From Flectonema sp. DT1601 (Eukaryota), in NCBI GenBank assembly GCA_964019425.1, contig OZ025786.1, positions 372,001 to 436,000 on the forward strand: a stretch of 64,000 nt of DNA, given 5' to 3'. Below are positions 12,130 through 24,591 of this stretch, in pieces. The translations under genes and the position numbers were made by a program. A model generated the notes under the pieces. That model made no database searches. It was not told where the DNA came from and saw only the letters and a list, made by a program, of their open reading frames with translations. Every line of letters starts with the position of its first letter. The stretch's first letter is position 1.

Positions 12130-14943
12130 ATGACTGCCCAAGATGCGTGTTCACTCTTGGTTGGGTTTGACAAACAAACCCCAACCCCAAAAGAGTTAAA
12201 GGAAAGTATTGAAAAAGGAAACACTGCTGCGAAGGTTCAAGCAGTCAAAGATATGATTGCTTTGACCCTTAATGGAGAACCTCAGGGAAAGCTGATTATG
12301 AGTGTAATCAAATTCATTCAGCCAATTGGAACTACCACGAGTAGCAATGAGAAAAACGACACCCAAGTGCACAGTTTGAAGAAATTAGTTTTATACTTTT
12401 GGGAAGTTTGTGAAAAGGTTGACAGCGAAGGTAAGCTGCTTCCTGAACTGATTCTGTTGGTTGACTTCTTAAGACGTGATTTACAGCATCCTAATGAGTT
12501 TATTAGAGGAGCTACTCTAAGATTTCTATGTGGGTTAAAGGAACGTGAGATCCTCGAACCTCTTGCCCCCAGCGTGTTGGAATGTCTGGACTGCAGACAC
12601 AGCTACGTTCGTAGAAATGCCGTGTTAGCAATTAAGAATATTTATCAGCGTATTCCTGAAGCTCTTCCTGACGCCCCAGAGTGTGTTGAGACCCTTCTTG
12701 GTAATGAAAATGATGTTACCGCAAAGAGAAACGCATTTCTCATGCTCTACCACTGTTCACCTGATAGAGCGATTGAGTACCTTCGTTCTATTATGAACAC
12801 TGACTTAGCACAGGAGCAGAATGATGTATTTCAGTTGGCTATCGTAGAACTTTTAAAGCAGTTGATGCAAACCAACCCAAGTGAGAAATACCAATATATT
12901 AATGTGATCTTTACTTTGTTGGAATCAAAGTCGCAGGCTGTTCTATTTCAGTGTGCGTGTGCCCTGCTTGCGATTAGTACGTCGCCTTCAGCAATCAAGG
13001 CATCTGCTACAACGTTGGTGAACTTATTAAATACTCATGTTGATAATAATGTTAAGCTTGTCGTAGTTGGAAAGTTAGAAGAAATAAAGAAACACTTCCC
13101 TGAGATGCTACAAGACCTTACTATGGACTTACTCAGATGCCTGGTTGGATCTGAGGTGGAAGTTCAAAAGAGAATCCTAGACTTGGCTCTTGACTTGGTC
13201 ACCGCCAAGAACGCTGAGAAAGTAATTCAATTCCTTAAGAGAGAACTTATCGAAAGTACCAACACAAATCTTCGTAAGGGAGAAGTTGATTACCGTCAGC
13301 TATTAATTAGATTTATTCATCAGTCTACTGTTAAACATAGAGCTGTAGCACCACTAATTGTTCCTATTTTAATGGACTTTATTGTTGAAGATTCTCGTCC
13401 AGCTGCTGACACGATGCTTTTCATAAGAGAAATGGTTCACAGACTACCTGAACTACGTGAGGAAGTTGTTGAAAAACTTGCATTACAATTTAATGCTTTG
13501 ACATCAACGAGAGTGTTTAGAGACACTTTGTGGTTGTTAGGAACTCACAGTAAAACTTACGAAGAAGTTAGAAATGTGATGACCGCATTGAAGTCATCAC
13601 TTGAACCGTTCCCTCTGTGGCTAAAAGAAACAACTGAAGAAGATGACGAAGAAGGTGGTCTCACTACTATTGGAGGAGGTGCCACTGTTCGTGAGGATGG
13701 TACTTACGTAATGAATGTCATTCCAGAAAAAGAAGAAGTCAAGGGAGACACTACGTCATTCCGTTCCTTAATCACTGAAGGTGACTTCTTCTTGGCATCC
13801 GTATTGGCCAACACGATGGTGAAGTTGGTTTCGACTGTTTGGAGACTCGAAATTTCTTCACATCAAAAGCAAGGAATCCAAACTGACGCAAACCTTGTTA
13901 TTGATGAAGTCCTTCAGTTAGGAATTCATAAGAATATCGCTGCAGACTCTCATGAAAGAATCGTCTTGTGCAAGAAATTGTTAAATGTTCCAACAAGTAA
14001 GATGACTCAGAAATACACTGAATTAATGTTGAAGGGTTTCGCTGATATGCTTGCTGAAGAAGACGCCGCAAAGCTTGCTGAAACTGAAAAGGAAGATGGC
14101 AAGCATTACGTACCTGTCGAACAACCAATTCACTTTTCACAACTTGTAAAGACCAAGAAGGGTGAACCTGAGATGCTGATGGCAACTGAAGATGTTGCAT
14201 TTGCTGCTCAAAACGAATCGATTGACAAGGATGCTACTAGAAACTTGAAGAATGTTCTTCAGTTAACTGGTTCAAGTGATCCAGTTTACGTTGAGGGAAC
14301 TATTGAAGTTCATCAGTTTGATATTTTATTAGAAATGTTAGTTGTGAACATGACTCACGATGAAACAATGCAAAACTTAACAATCGAATTAGAAACTTGC
14401 GGAGACCTCCGTTTGTGCGAACGTCCTCAAACATACACCGTGGCACCTGGTGAAAGTGTAACCATCAAGGCGAACATGAAAGTATCATCAACTGAAGGAA
14501 GTATTATTTACGGTAACGTTGTATATGACTCCAGTAAACCTGGTCAGGATCAAACAGTCATTGTAATGAATGACATGCATATGGATATCATCGACTACGT
14601 TCATCCATCATCATGCTCTGCTCCAGAGTTCCGTACTATGTGGCAAGACTTTGACTGGGAAAACCCTGTTCCTGTCGCTACTGATATCAAGTCTCTCAGA
14701 GGGTTCCTTGATCATGTTCTTAAGCACACTAACATGCGTTGTCAATCGATGTCTACTCCTTTAGCCGGTGATCCAGATTTCTTAAGTGCAAACTTGTTTG
14801 CGAAGAGTTCTTTTGGAGAGCCTGTTGTTGCCAACGTCAGTATCAGCAAACAACCAAATGGAAGTATTGAAGGAATAGTCAGAATCAGATCCAGGACTCA
14901 AGGAATCGCTCTTGGTTTGGGAACAAGATTCAAAAAGGGGTGA
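12130..14943 (+). CDS. COPB1: Coatomer subunit beta (beta-COP)
   Basis: DLQHPNEFIRGATLRFLC, HSYVRRNAVLA, QLTGSSDPVYVE, EFRTMWQDFDWEN, RIRSRTQGIALGLG. Confidence 0.96.
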   Translation: MTAQDACSLLVGFDKQTPTPKELKESIEKGNTAAKVQAVKDMIALTLNGEPQGKLIMSVIKFIQPIGTTTSSNEKNDTQVHSLKKLVLYFWEVCEKVDSEGKLLPELILLVDFLRRDLQHPNEFIRGATLRFLCGLKEREILEPLAPSVLECLDCRHSYVRRNAVLAIKNIYQRIPEALPDAPECVETLLGNENDVTAKRNAFLMLYHCSPDRAIEYLRSIMNTDLAQEQNDVFQLAIVELLKQLMQTNPSEKYQYINVIFTLLESKSQAVLFQCACALLAISTSPSAIKASATTLVNLLNTHVDNNVKLVVVGKLEEIKKHFPEMLQDLTMDLLRCLVGSEVEVQKRILDLALDLVTAKNAEKVIQFLKRELIESTNTNLRKGEVDYRQLLIRFIHQSTVKHRAVAPLIVPILMDFIVEDSRPAADTMLFIREMVHRLPELREEVVEKLALQFNALTSTRVFRDTLWLLGTHSKTYEEVRNVMTALKSSLEPFPLWLKETTEEDDEEGGLTTIGGGATVREDGTYVMNVIPEKEEVKGDTTSFRSLITEGDFFLASVLANTMVKLVSTVWRLEISSHQKQGIQTDANLVIDEVLQLGIHKNIAADSHERIVLCKKLLNVPTSKMTQKYTELMLKGFADMLAEEDAAKLAETEKEDGKHYVPVEQPIHFSQLVKTKKGEPEMLMATEDVAFAAQNESIDKDATRNLKNVLQLTGSSDPVYVEGTIEVHQFDILLEMLVVNMTHDETMQNLTIELETCGDLRLCERPQTYTVAPGESVTIKANMKVSSTEGSIIYGNVVYDSSKPGQDQTVIVMNDMHMDIIDYVHPSSCSAPEFRTMWQDFDWENPVPVATDIKSLRGFLDHVLKHTNMRCQSMSTPLAGDPDFLSANLFAKSSFGEPVVANVSISKQPNGSIEGIVRIRSRTQGIALGLGTRFKKG

Positions 14944-15216
14944 TTGCCCATAACCGATGATCTAGTGTCAACAAAAGAAGAAAAGAAAAAAGGAAAAAAA
15001 AAAGTTGTTTCTACTCTTCCTTACCTGAGAATTTAAGTGTTTCTCCCGTACCGACTCTGTCTTTAGTGGGATTTTTTTTCACTCCGGTTTTCTTTTTGAG
15101 TTGGTACCCGGTCTCATCAATGGAACGATCTCTGGTAAAGAATTATTTTCACACAGCGCAGAAACAATGTAATCATAGTCCCGATAAACCTATTGGAACA
15201 CTGCAAAGGATGTATG

Positions 15217-15345
15217 TTAGAGGCGTTCAGCCATAATCCATCCAGTGGTAGCATCACGGCACTGTCCGATCGGACAACCGTAGATACCAGGGACTAGAAA
15301 CGGGAGTTCCTCTCGTACTACCCCGTATTGCTGTCGACATACACC
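15217..15345 (-). pseudogene. LSU (28S) rRNA fragment including the sarcin-ricin loop
   Basis: Minus strand reads ...gtagtacgagaggaac...ggattatggctgaacgcctctaa; differs from 36740-36868 at one base. Confidence 0.88.
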
Positions 15346-15414
15346 CCAACCGATTTTATGATGTTAATTGTGATTAGCAAACTTCATTCCCCCATTCAGG
15401 AGGTGATCCTTAAG

Positions 15415-18400
15415 ATGTTTTCTCTCAGCAGTACTGTACTGCTGCTGCTATTAATACCTCACTGTGAAGGAGGATGGACAGGTCAGCAATACACTTCACT
15501 AAGTAGTGATACAGTGTGTACTCAACCTAATGGTTGTTATCTTGATTGTACTGGAAGTAGTTGCAGCAATGTCGCCTTTACGTGCAGGGCAGACGCTCCG
15601 TGTTACATAAATTGCAAACAGCAGATGGGAGGTGACTGCTCTAACCTTCAAATATCGTGTCCGAATACTGGACTTGCTTGTGTAATAAACTGCGGTAATG
15701 ACTGTTCAGGATTTGATACGTCACAAGGAACTGACTGTTATGGAAATGGTTGTGGAACTTCAAAGACAAGTAACAACGGCCCAGGTCCATGGTCAAGTAC
15801 CGCTTGCTTTATCAACGAATTAATCCTAACAGGAACTATCTCTCTTAAGACTACTAACAGAGCAGACGATGGGAGTTACAAGTACTGCTTACCAAACCAC
15901 CTCATCGATCACAAGTCGTATTGTGTTACTGAAAACGGAGGGCGCGTATGTGACTCCGTTGTGTGCGTAGGTGGCAACTGGGCTCCCAGGGAACCGAAGT
16001 GTCCTGCTTGTACCTGGAGAAATAGTGAATTACCAGATAAATACCATCAGTGTATTGATGGCAGTGTAACTTCAATTGATTCATCTCCTGGTTACTGTAG
16101 TAATCATGGTGGTCGTTACAAGTGTCCTGGTAGTAGCTTTTCGAAGATGTGTAATTTTCAGACTTGTGGTGGAACAAGTCAATACTGCTGTGAAAATAGT
16201 TGCAATCTAAAAGGAGGTGACCGAACCTGTGCTGTTCCAGCTACAGCAAACCCCACTGCAGTACCTACTGCTGTCCCCACGGCAATTCCAACATTAGTAC
16301 CTACAGCAATTCCTACTGCGATACCAACAGCAATACCCACAGCCATACCAACTGCTGTGCCAACAGTAGTTCCCACGGCAATTCCTACCGCGATACCAAC
16401 GGCAATACCAACGGCAATACCTACAGCAGTTCCCACGGCAATTCCTACCGCGATACCAACGGCAATACCAACGGCAATACCAACGGCAATACCAACGGCA
16501 ATACCTACAGCAGTTCCCACGGCAATTCCTACCGCGGTACCAACGGCGATACCAACTGCTGTGCCAACAGCGGTTCCCACGGCAATTCCTACCGCGATAC
16601 CAACGGCCATACCTACCGCGATACCAACGGCAATACCTACAGCAGTTCCCACGGCAATTCCTACCGCGGTACCAACGGCCATACCTACCGCGATACCAAC
16701 GGCAATACCTACAGCAGTTCCCACGGCAATTCCTACCGCGGTACCAACGGCGATACCAACTGCTGTGCCAACAGCGGTTCCCACGGCAATTCCTACCGCG
16801 GTACCAACGGCCATACCTACCGCGATACCAACGGCAATACCTACAGCAGTTCCCACGGCCATACCGACTGACGTGCCAACAGCAGTACCTACTGCGATAC
16901 CAACCGCAATTCCAACAGCCGTACCAACAGCTGTGCCGACAGCAGTACCTACGACAATTCCCACTGCAATTCCAACAGCTGTGCCGACCACTATTCCTAC
17001 CGAGATACCGACCTCTGTGCCGACTGCCCTTCCTACTGCGATACCAACGGCAATTCCAACAGCCGTACCAACTGCTATTCCAACAGGCATTCCTACCTCA
17101 GTTCCAACGGCTATTCCTACCGCGGAACCAACGGCAATTCCTACATCAATACCAAACAGTGTGCCAACAGGAATGCCCATGACAGCAGCACCAACTGCAG
17201 TTCCCACTGCGGTGCCAACAATGATCCCAACTGCACTTCCAACAGCAGTTCCTACAGCAATCCCCACGATGGTACCTACATCAGTGCCAACATCCATACC
17301 AACTCCCACGGCTATCCCGACGGCAGCACCGACAGTCCCGCCAACAATAGTTCCCACTGTCGAACCGACTGTTCCCCCAACGATGCCGCCAACGGTACCT
17401 CCAGCAAACGTTCAGCTCGGATTCGTGAATGTTACTGTTACGGAACTGCCTGCTCCACCAAAAGTTGAGTTCACGGAGGCGCAGAAGAAAAGAATTGAAG
17501 CTGCATTAATACCTGGGATATCAATGGGTTTAGTATCTGGAATAAATGGCGCTGCTGGTAGTGCGGGAGGAGCGAAGCTGGCAGTCTTGATAGACAGTAT
17601 TGACTGTCAGGTAGAAGACGTCGATTTGGCAGCTTCTGAACCTCTGGACTGGGAATTCCACCCTCTTGGGTGGCCGATTGGGACGACTTATCACAAATAC
17701 TTTCTGGGAGCTGTTATATTTAATACCTTACTCATCTTATCGTTGCTTGGCCTTTTATGGCTCGTCAAATACGCGCTCCAAGTCCGCGGTAATTTTCACG
17801 GAAGTCAAGCAGCCGGAAATGTCAAGTGTCCAGGCCTTACATACATACCATTCATATTTCTATTTCAAGGCGTATCTCTTGCTGCTTCTAGTCTGGCTTT
17901 CTTCCCTGATAGAGCAGATGCTTTGTGTGGGTTCGTAGGATGGGCTTATTTCTTGGCGTGTTTATCTGCTCCTTTCTTGTTGTATTACTACTTATTGAGA
18001 AAAGCAGTCTTTAAGGCTGTTCCTGTTAATGATCCCAGACTGGTTAAGAGTGAGAAATTAGTATCAAACGGTGAGAAATCATTACCGATATTAAAAGGAT
18101 GGAAAAGGGTTGCTTATACCTGTGCATTCGGAGAAAAGATTTGGATCACTGACAGTGATGACCGGAACAACTATTTCGTTGAACGATATGGTGTTGTATT
18201 TGAGTCATACAGAGGAGGTATGCAGTACTTTGCCTTAGCGGAGATGATAACTATGCTTGGTTTGTCTGTTTTTTCTGCTTGGAAACCGGGTAGTGACACT
18301 GCCTGTCACGTTAGAAATTCACTAATTTGTCTCCTGCTTCTACTGTTCTTCTTAGCTGTATTATTATTAAGACCCTACATGTCAGCTCTTGACAACCTTG

Positions 18401-18963
18401 TATCAGCTTTAATGGCCTTTATGATGATGACAGCAATTATGTTAGTATCCTTAGCCATAGCAATAAATTCTACGGCACAACAAGTTACAATCGATAATAT
18501 GAGAGAAGTTGCGGGAGCGTTGCTGATGGCAACGGCGTTGTTATTCTTACTACATGCTATTTATGACTTAGTCTTTTATTGCATGGATATGAAAATAAAA
18601 CGTCGGCTTCACACTAGACAAGTCCACAGAGATCACCTGAATGATAATTACATGGAAATTAATGAGATCGGTAGCGTCATATCAAAAGATGATCTTGCTA
18701 ACCAAAGTGATGTTCAAATATATGAGACTTCCTCTGCAGACATGATGGAGGCTGATTCAAGCAGTGGAGCTCTTCCTCTGGGAAGAACACACACATTGGG
18801 TAATATGCCTTCTCTTCATAATATGAATTCTGTTGCGAGATCCTATCGCAGGGCTAGGACTCTGACTACGGTTGAACGCTCTCTCCCAAAACTTCAAAAG
18901 CCTCAGAGAAAAAATCCGCTAGTGACTCCGAGACAAAACAGCCTCAGCCTGCAATCAATATAG
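15415..18963 (+). CDS. Surface protein: signal peptide, Cys-rich ectodomain, PT(A)(I/V) mucin-like stalk, multi-pass TM C-terminus
   Basis: MFSLSSTVLLLLLIPHCEG signal peptide, many Cys, long PTAI/PTAV repeat, several TM helices. The upstream ORF extension overlaps the rRNA fragment. Confidence 0.85.
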   Translation: MFSLSSTVLLLLLIPHCEGGWTGQQYTSLSSDTVCTQPNGCYLDCTGSSCSNVAFTCRADAPCYINCKQQMGGDCSNLQISCPNTGLACVINCGNDCSGFDTSQGTDCYGNGCGTSKTSNNGPGPWSSTACFINELILTGTISLKTTNRADDGSYKYCLPNHLIDHKSYCVTENGGRVCDSVVCVGGNWAPREPKCPACTWRNSELPDKYHQCIDGSVTSIDSSPGYCSNHGGRYKCPGSSFSKMCNFQTCGGTSQYCCENSCNLKGGDRTCAVPATANPTAVPTAVPTAIPTLVPTAIPTAIPTAIPTAIPTAVPTVVPTAIPTAIPTAIPTAIPTAVPTAIPTAIPTAIPTAIPTAIPTAIPTAVPTAIPTAVPTAIPTAVPTAVPTAIPTAIPTAIPTAIPTAIPTAVPTAIPTAVPTAIPTAIPTAIPTAVPTAIPTAVPTAIPTAVPTAVPTAIPTAVPTAIPTAIPTAIPTAVPTAIPTDVPTAVPTAIPTAIPTAVPTAVPTAVPTTIPTAIPTAVPTTIPTEIPTSVPTALPTAIPTAIPTAVPTAIPTGIPTSVPTAIPTAEPTAIPTSIPNSVPTGMPMTAAPTAVPTAVPTMIPTALPTAVPTAIPTMVPTSVPTSIPTPTAIPTAAPTVPPTIVPTVEPTVPPTMPPTVPPANVQLGFVNVTVTELPAPPKVEFTEAQKKRIEAALIPGISMGLVSGINGAAGSAGGAKLAVLIDSIDCQVEDVDLAASEPLDWEFHPLGWPIGTTYHKYFLGAVIFNTLLILSLLGLLWLVKYALQVRGNFHGSQAAGNVKCPGLTYIPFIFLFQGVSLAASSLAFFPDRADALCGFVGWAYFLACLSAPFLLYYYLLRKAVFKAVPVNDPRLVKSEKLVSNGEKSLPILKGWKRVAYTCAFGEKIWITDSDDRNNYFVERYGVVFESYRGGMQYFALAEMITMLGLSVFSAWKPGSDTACHVRNSLICLLLLLFFLAVLLLRPYMSALDNLVSALMAFMMMTAIMLVSLAIAINSTAQQVTIDNMREVAGALLMATALLFLLHAIYDLVFYCMDMKIKRRLHTRQVHRDHLNDNYMEINEIGSVISKDDLANQSDVQIYETSSADMMEADSSSGALPLGRTHTLGNMPSLHNMNSVARSYRRARTLTTVERSLPKLQKPQRKNPLVTPRQNSLSLQSI
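16250..17400 (+). repeat. Coding 12-nt tandem repeat (PTAI/PTAV) with higher-order blocks
   Basis: Recurring ccaacggcaata / cctacagcagtt / cccacggcaatt / cctaccgcgata units. Confidence 0.95.
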
Positions 18964-21844
18964 CTATGCGGATTGTAGAGACTCGTGGTTTTGATTTTGA
19001 TTTTGATTTTGATTTTTTTTTTTTTTTTAAAGTTTATTAAAGTTAGCGAGTTGTAACTCTCAACCTCTTTAGCAATAAGTTATTAGGTCCTCTGAAGAGG
19101 TTTTTTTATTTAGTGTTTGGAATGTTTTTATCTTTTCGTGCGCAGTCTCATACTGTCAGCAGCTATGTGTGAATGTGAGGGGGATTTCTTTCTTCTCCTC
19201 CCTCTTATTTCTTTTGCCTTATTTCTCGTGGCTAATCAAAATGAAAATATTGTACTACCTACTGCGAGCCTTCGTTTCCGTTTCAGCAGTGGTTCTAGTT
19301 TCTTTAGTTGCAGCATCTTGTTCGTTTCTATTGTGTCATGGCGTGTATTCTTTTGTATTGAATAAACTTAGTGAATCGAAAAACAAAACGAAACAAATGT
19401 TGAATCCAAGAACGTTGACAGCATGCGGCAAGGTGGAGTGGCTTGTATAACACTTTGAGGAGCCTTGTTGTTCCTAGGGTTTTGAACTTTATGGCCAGTT
19501 CCTACGGTTCGTCCCCTACACTACAACAACTCGCAAGGGAATGTACATCATGATACTTTTGCCTCTTTTTTTTATTTTCAGTGCACCCCTCTGGCTGTGT
19601 GCTATAACTGTTCTATTCTTTCTGAGCTCTCTCGGAGTAATCACAGTGTTAGTTATTAATGCTTTTGGGTTAATTTTTTTTCCCTTTCTTTTTTTTTCTC
19701 CAAATTTGAAGAACCAAAAAACAAACAACAACAACCCGTTGAAACATAGTTTTTGTTCGCAGTCATCTATTATGCCAAGATTGGCATTGGACTTTTTGTG
19801 ATTCTGTTATGATATTTTAATTGTATTTTTTTTTTTTTTTTTTTTTTTTTAGTATTCCTCTCTCATATTTCAGTTCCTTCCAAAAAAGGGTTTCAGAGTT
19901 TTTTTTTTTTTTTTTTTCTTGATTTTCTTGTATCTCCTATTCTTATACCTGTATTGTCTGTCATGCATGAGATAGGCAGGTGTTGTGTTGGTGTTTGGTT
20001 TTTGATTGGATCTGATTTGTGTGTGTGTTGTCAAGAAAGTTGTAATTTTCAGTCATTTTCGAGAGAAAGATTCCTATTTAATTTGTTGTTAAGTTCGTAA
20101 TTATTTTTTGTGTTATTTCTTAAGTGTGATTTTTGTTAATGAACAAAATATAGGAAGAAAATTCTCATTGAAAAAAGAAAAAAAAAAAGCAAATCAATCG
20201 CTCCGCGACGTTTTTTATTTATTTTTTAAATTGTCGCAATTGCTAGTGAATTGGGTTAGACAATCTTGACTGAACACGCCAAAAAAAAAAAAAAAAAAAA
20301 AAGAACGATAGCCAACCAATACAAAAGTTTCTGACACCACAATCTTTCATAACTGTAATAATAAAAATGATTTTAGTATCATCAAACTGACAAGGTGGAA
20401 AACTAATGTAGCACTAGAGAGAAAACCCCACTGCTCTTTAGTTTGCTGCAGCAGTGATGCTCAGTATCAAAATTTCTACGAAAAAAATGTCGGAATATAT
20501 AGAGCCTCACATGCTATGGGTCTGCGATTTGTATGAAAGTTGACTTCGGTTTCTCGAAACCTTCATATTATAATTGTGACTTGCATGTGTTTTTTTTTTT
20601 TTTTGTACCTACAAACCTATTCTTTTATTGGGTTTTGTACCAGTTGCGCGCGAACAAAAAATAGAATTATGCTCCTTCGCATCTTTTTTTTTTTAATCAC
20701 TGGTTTAACGAAGGTCGCAGCAATCTCTTGCTGTTGCAATACGTAATTCCTACTCCTCGATATTTTTTATATTCTCTCTCTCTCTCTCTCCTTTTTTTTT
20801 CCCCTCCCTATTAGAATGTTGCAATGAGTAATGTTTTTTTTCTTTTTTTTTTATACTTAGATGTCACTATTGACCGTTGGTATCGTGCAATTAAAATTAA
20901 GATTACTTTGGTTGTACAAAGCCGTTAGGTCGGTCTATTTTGAGTCTGTTCGTTTTATTTAAATTAAAACGAACGTGTTTACTTATCGCAGAGCAATCTT
21001 TGTTATTCTTGGCCTCGTCCATAGGACTGGCTAGTGTTTCTAGAAACTTTTTTTCTCTTTCTTTACCACTGTGTGTCTTTTGCGTGATACTGTCTTTCTA
21101 CAAGATACATCTTCTTTAAACCAGCATGCCCTATTTAGTTATTTCGAAAGAGGCTGCTGCTTGTGCTATTCAAGTGAAAGCAAATTATCGTCAAAAAAAA
21201 AAAAAAAAAAAAACAATCAAAAAAACAATTAATTGTAGTCTTTCCAGTCAAATTATATTATTTTTTTTTTTGTTTTTTTTTTTTGTAAAGTTGTTTTTTA
21301 CGTATAAATTTCACGTCTACCCAATTATATGCATGGGAGTTAGCAAACGTTTTTTTTTTTCAAAGGAAAATCGTTGGTTATGACTCGTGTGTACATCCGT
21401 ATCAATCAAGTAGGCAAAAAAAAAAAAAGATTATCTGTGGCATTTGTTTGTTGCGGGCTTGCCATTCAAAAGTTTTTTTTTTTCAATTTTGGTTTGTAAT
21501 TATTAGTATCGAATTGTATGAAGTGAGTCTGACCACACTTCTCAACAACATCACTGTCATCAAATATTGGAAAGCGGCTAGTGTCTCTTTATCGTGTGTT
21601 TTGTAAAAAACTTTGTTTTTTTGAAAGCCGTTTTTTGAGTACTGAAATAGTGTACTGTTTTTCAATATCATGTGTTTCTTATACGAGTGTCATGGGTCAT
21701 GGTAGCATTCATCTTTTGATTTTGGTAAACAGATTGTTTGCTTACTCCAGCTGGCGCCCCTGCCATTGCAATACCTGACAAAACTAGTACTCTGGTATAT
21801 ATTCCGTGAAGAAAAAAGTAATGATAAACGTTTACGGTCGTCTT

Positions 21845-24300
21845 ATTGCTGTTTTTTTTTTGTTATTTTTAAAAAGATTTGTATTGCTGATAACTTCTTG
21901 TTGATTAAGTTGCTGTGCTATAATTATTGCTGTACACTGGAAAGGGTTTATTGTTGTGGATCTTCCCTCTCCCTCCTCTTTTTTTATTTTATTTTATTTT
22001 ATTTTTTTTTTTAATTGTCGCAATCATCACGTTAAAGAACTCCAAAGCAAGTTTCCCAATTCCCACCGAATGAGTCTGATTTCTTTATTTTTGTTGCGTT
22101 TTTTAATGCTCTTGAGCATTCCTTAAGCAGTGGTTGTATTGATGGTATTGCACGAGTGGGAAAAAAAAGAAAATTAAAAAAGAAGAAGAGGAGGCCTCTC
22201 AATCCACAAATAAGTTAACTCTTACTTGTGACACTTTGTTATGTTGTCCGTACGATACAAGCAAAACGAGTACACCGAATAAAGCTTGAGTGTAGTCTGG
22301 CGCTTTAATACGTCTTCGTTTCTTTTTAGTTTCTTTTTTCAACAATCACGCAAAATAACAATAAAAAATAAACTATTTTTGTATTTCATTAAAACGCAGA
22401 CAGAATCCTGTCGCACACCATAGGAAATAACGGCTTTCAATCTCAACAGTTTCTTCTCCTAGATCAGAGAATCGGCTGGCAAACTAAAACAAAAAGAGAT
22501 CCAATTATGATGTTTATATTCTCGTACAGGTTGTATTTTAATAAAACTATTAACCTCAAACTATGTCGGATTGAGATTCTTTTATGTCATGTGAGTCCGT
22601 ATTAATGTCTTCGATCAACAAAATATAAGGCGTTATCTGAATTGTTTTTTCAATCTCTGGCTTTGAGTCCCTTATAAAGATGCTAACCATAAAAGTTGGA
22701 TGTGATCACCACTGGTCATCACGCCATGCGATTTATTTTATTTTATTTTATTTTTGTTTTTGTTTCCCCTAACTATGCAATTTTTAAGCATAAAAACTAA
22801 TTGCTTTTTTTTGTTTTGTTTTTTTTAATCTTATTTTCCTGGAGGCTTAGACGCCTCCCTCGCAGTTTTGTTTTGTAATTTTGCACATCTCACTGTACTT
22901 GTGCCTTAAGAAATATGACAAATTATTTACAGGTCATGTGCGATGATGTTTTAATTGAAGAAAAAAAAAAAAAAAAAGCTTTTTAAAATTTTCTGCTGAT
23001 TGTTGTTAGGGTACGCTGTCTCTGAGTACTTTGCATTCTCAAGTTGTAATTATTTAATTACCGAGAGGGGTTCTCAAGACTATCGTACACCGCAAGGATT
23101 GATGCTCACGTTCTTCTTTTTGTTTTGGTTTTTCATTATTGGAATCTATGTCTTACCTGTGACAACAACGTACAACGTACGAATCCGGGAAGACGACTGA
23201 TTGAATTGAATATCTTTGGGAAGGTTGTATTCTGTTGTTGTTTTTCTTTCTTTCTTTCTTCCAGATGTTAGGCTCCCTCTGGACATCATTCCCGCAACCC
23301 TTATCTACATCGAAAATAATTATTATTACAAAAGTCATTTCATTAATGATGTTGCACACAATTGTTTGAGGGAATCGACTATCAACGACATCAAGTTTTA
23401 TTATTTTATTTTTTTCAATCAACAGTAATATAAATTAATATCACGTTTGCCTTACGTGGGTTATCAGTGAACTGTCGTACTTTGTTGAGGAAAGTTAGCA
23501 AGTAACGTAATTATTTTGAACGCCCAGCAAAACAAAATGAACGTTATAGTTCGTAGTATCGGATTGGAGATGAGTACGTTTCCAGTTGACTCGGAGACAA
23601 CAGTGAAGTCCTTAATGAGCGGTATGTCGTATTCAAGTGTCGTGTGTGATGTTTACTTCGAAGGGAACCTGTTGAAGCACTCTAGCAAAGTTGTTGATTG
23701 TGGAATTTCTGGAGATGGTGAAATAGAAATCAGATTAACTGATGACCTGGAAAGACTGACCAAAGGTCTGTCACGTTACATATCAGAATCTATTTTCAAC
23801 TTCAACGTTGGCGTGTATCGTAATCTGAGTAGAAATCTATCTCCCAATACGACATATGAAGGGGAGAGTTTGATTTCAAGGTGTGTTGTCAAAGGCAACA
23901 CTGACTGTTTGAGAGAAATGATAAATTCTACTGATGTCGATCTAAACAAACGCAACGATGAATCTGATGAAGATCAATCTCCGTTAAACCTGGCGATTGT
24001 TTACAAGAAACACCTGGTGTTTGATCTTCTCAGATCAAACGGGGGTGTTGCTTTCAAGGCGGATATTCTCTCCGCTTGCAACGTGGGTAACGAGTATGCA
24101 TTTGATAAACTTATATCAAATTGTGTTGATGTTAATGATTTCTTGGGAATGAATACCGAAGACGTCAACGAGCTATTGATATGTGCAATTGAAAGAAAGG
24201 ATACCCACATCTTCAACACCCTTGTTGCAAAGAATGCTAATCTCAATCAGGAGATTATTTGTCAGGTTGCTGACGACAACCACTTTTCTTTGAACTAACT
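21845..24300 (+). repeat. Segment duplicated, with insertions, at ~28275-32530
   Basis: 22100-22680 matches 28480-29550; 23120-23200 matches 30157-30239; 23200-24295 matches 31510-32530. Confidence 0.85.
23537..24298 (+). CDS. Ubiquitin-like N-terminus + ankyrin-like repeat protein (paralog A)
   Basis: MNVIVRSIG..VDSETTVKSL..VYFEGNLL..VVDCGISGDGEIEI (UBL fold); SPLNLAIVY and LLICAIE (ankyrin-like). Confidence 0.7.
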   Translation: MNVIVRSIGLEMSTFPVDSETTVKSLMSGMSYSSVVCDVYFEGNLLKHSSKVVDCGISGDGEIEIRLTDDLERLTKGLSRYISESIFNFNVGVYRNLSRNLSPNTTYEGESLISRCVVKGNTDCLREMINSTDVDLNKRNDESDEDQSPLNLAIVYKKHLVFDLLRSNGGVAFKADILSACNVGNEYAFDKLISNCVDVNDFLGMNTEDVNELLICAIERKDTHIFNTLVAKNANLNQEIICQVADDNHFSLN

Positions 24301-24591
24301 GGTTCCCCCTCGTTCCCTGATAATCTTCCCCCCCAAAAAAAACAAAGAATTTTATGTCATATCGGAAAGCCAGTCGTCGCTATCACACCAAACTCATTGC
24401 ACAGTCTTTCGAGAGCAAATCAAACGTAGTTAATTATCACTCGCAGCAAAGTATTGCGAGATGTGCTCCACTGGTAGTGTGCTACGAACCAGAAATAATT
24501 TATATTTTATTTTTATTCTTATTTCCTTTATTATTTTTGCAAAAATAGTTTTCTTTTTTTTAATTTTCCTTTAATATTTATTTACCTTTAA

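Noticed and set aside
16179..17357. 392-aa minus-strand ORF (VGIAVGTA repeats)
   Set aside because: Antisense shadow of the PT repeat in the + strand gene.
18964..23500. Many short ORFs in a gene-poor stretch
   Set aside because: Phe/Lys-rich translations of poly-T/poly-A tracts with no recognisable domains.
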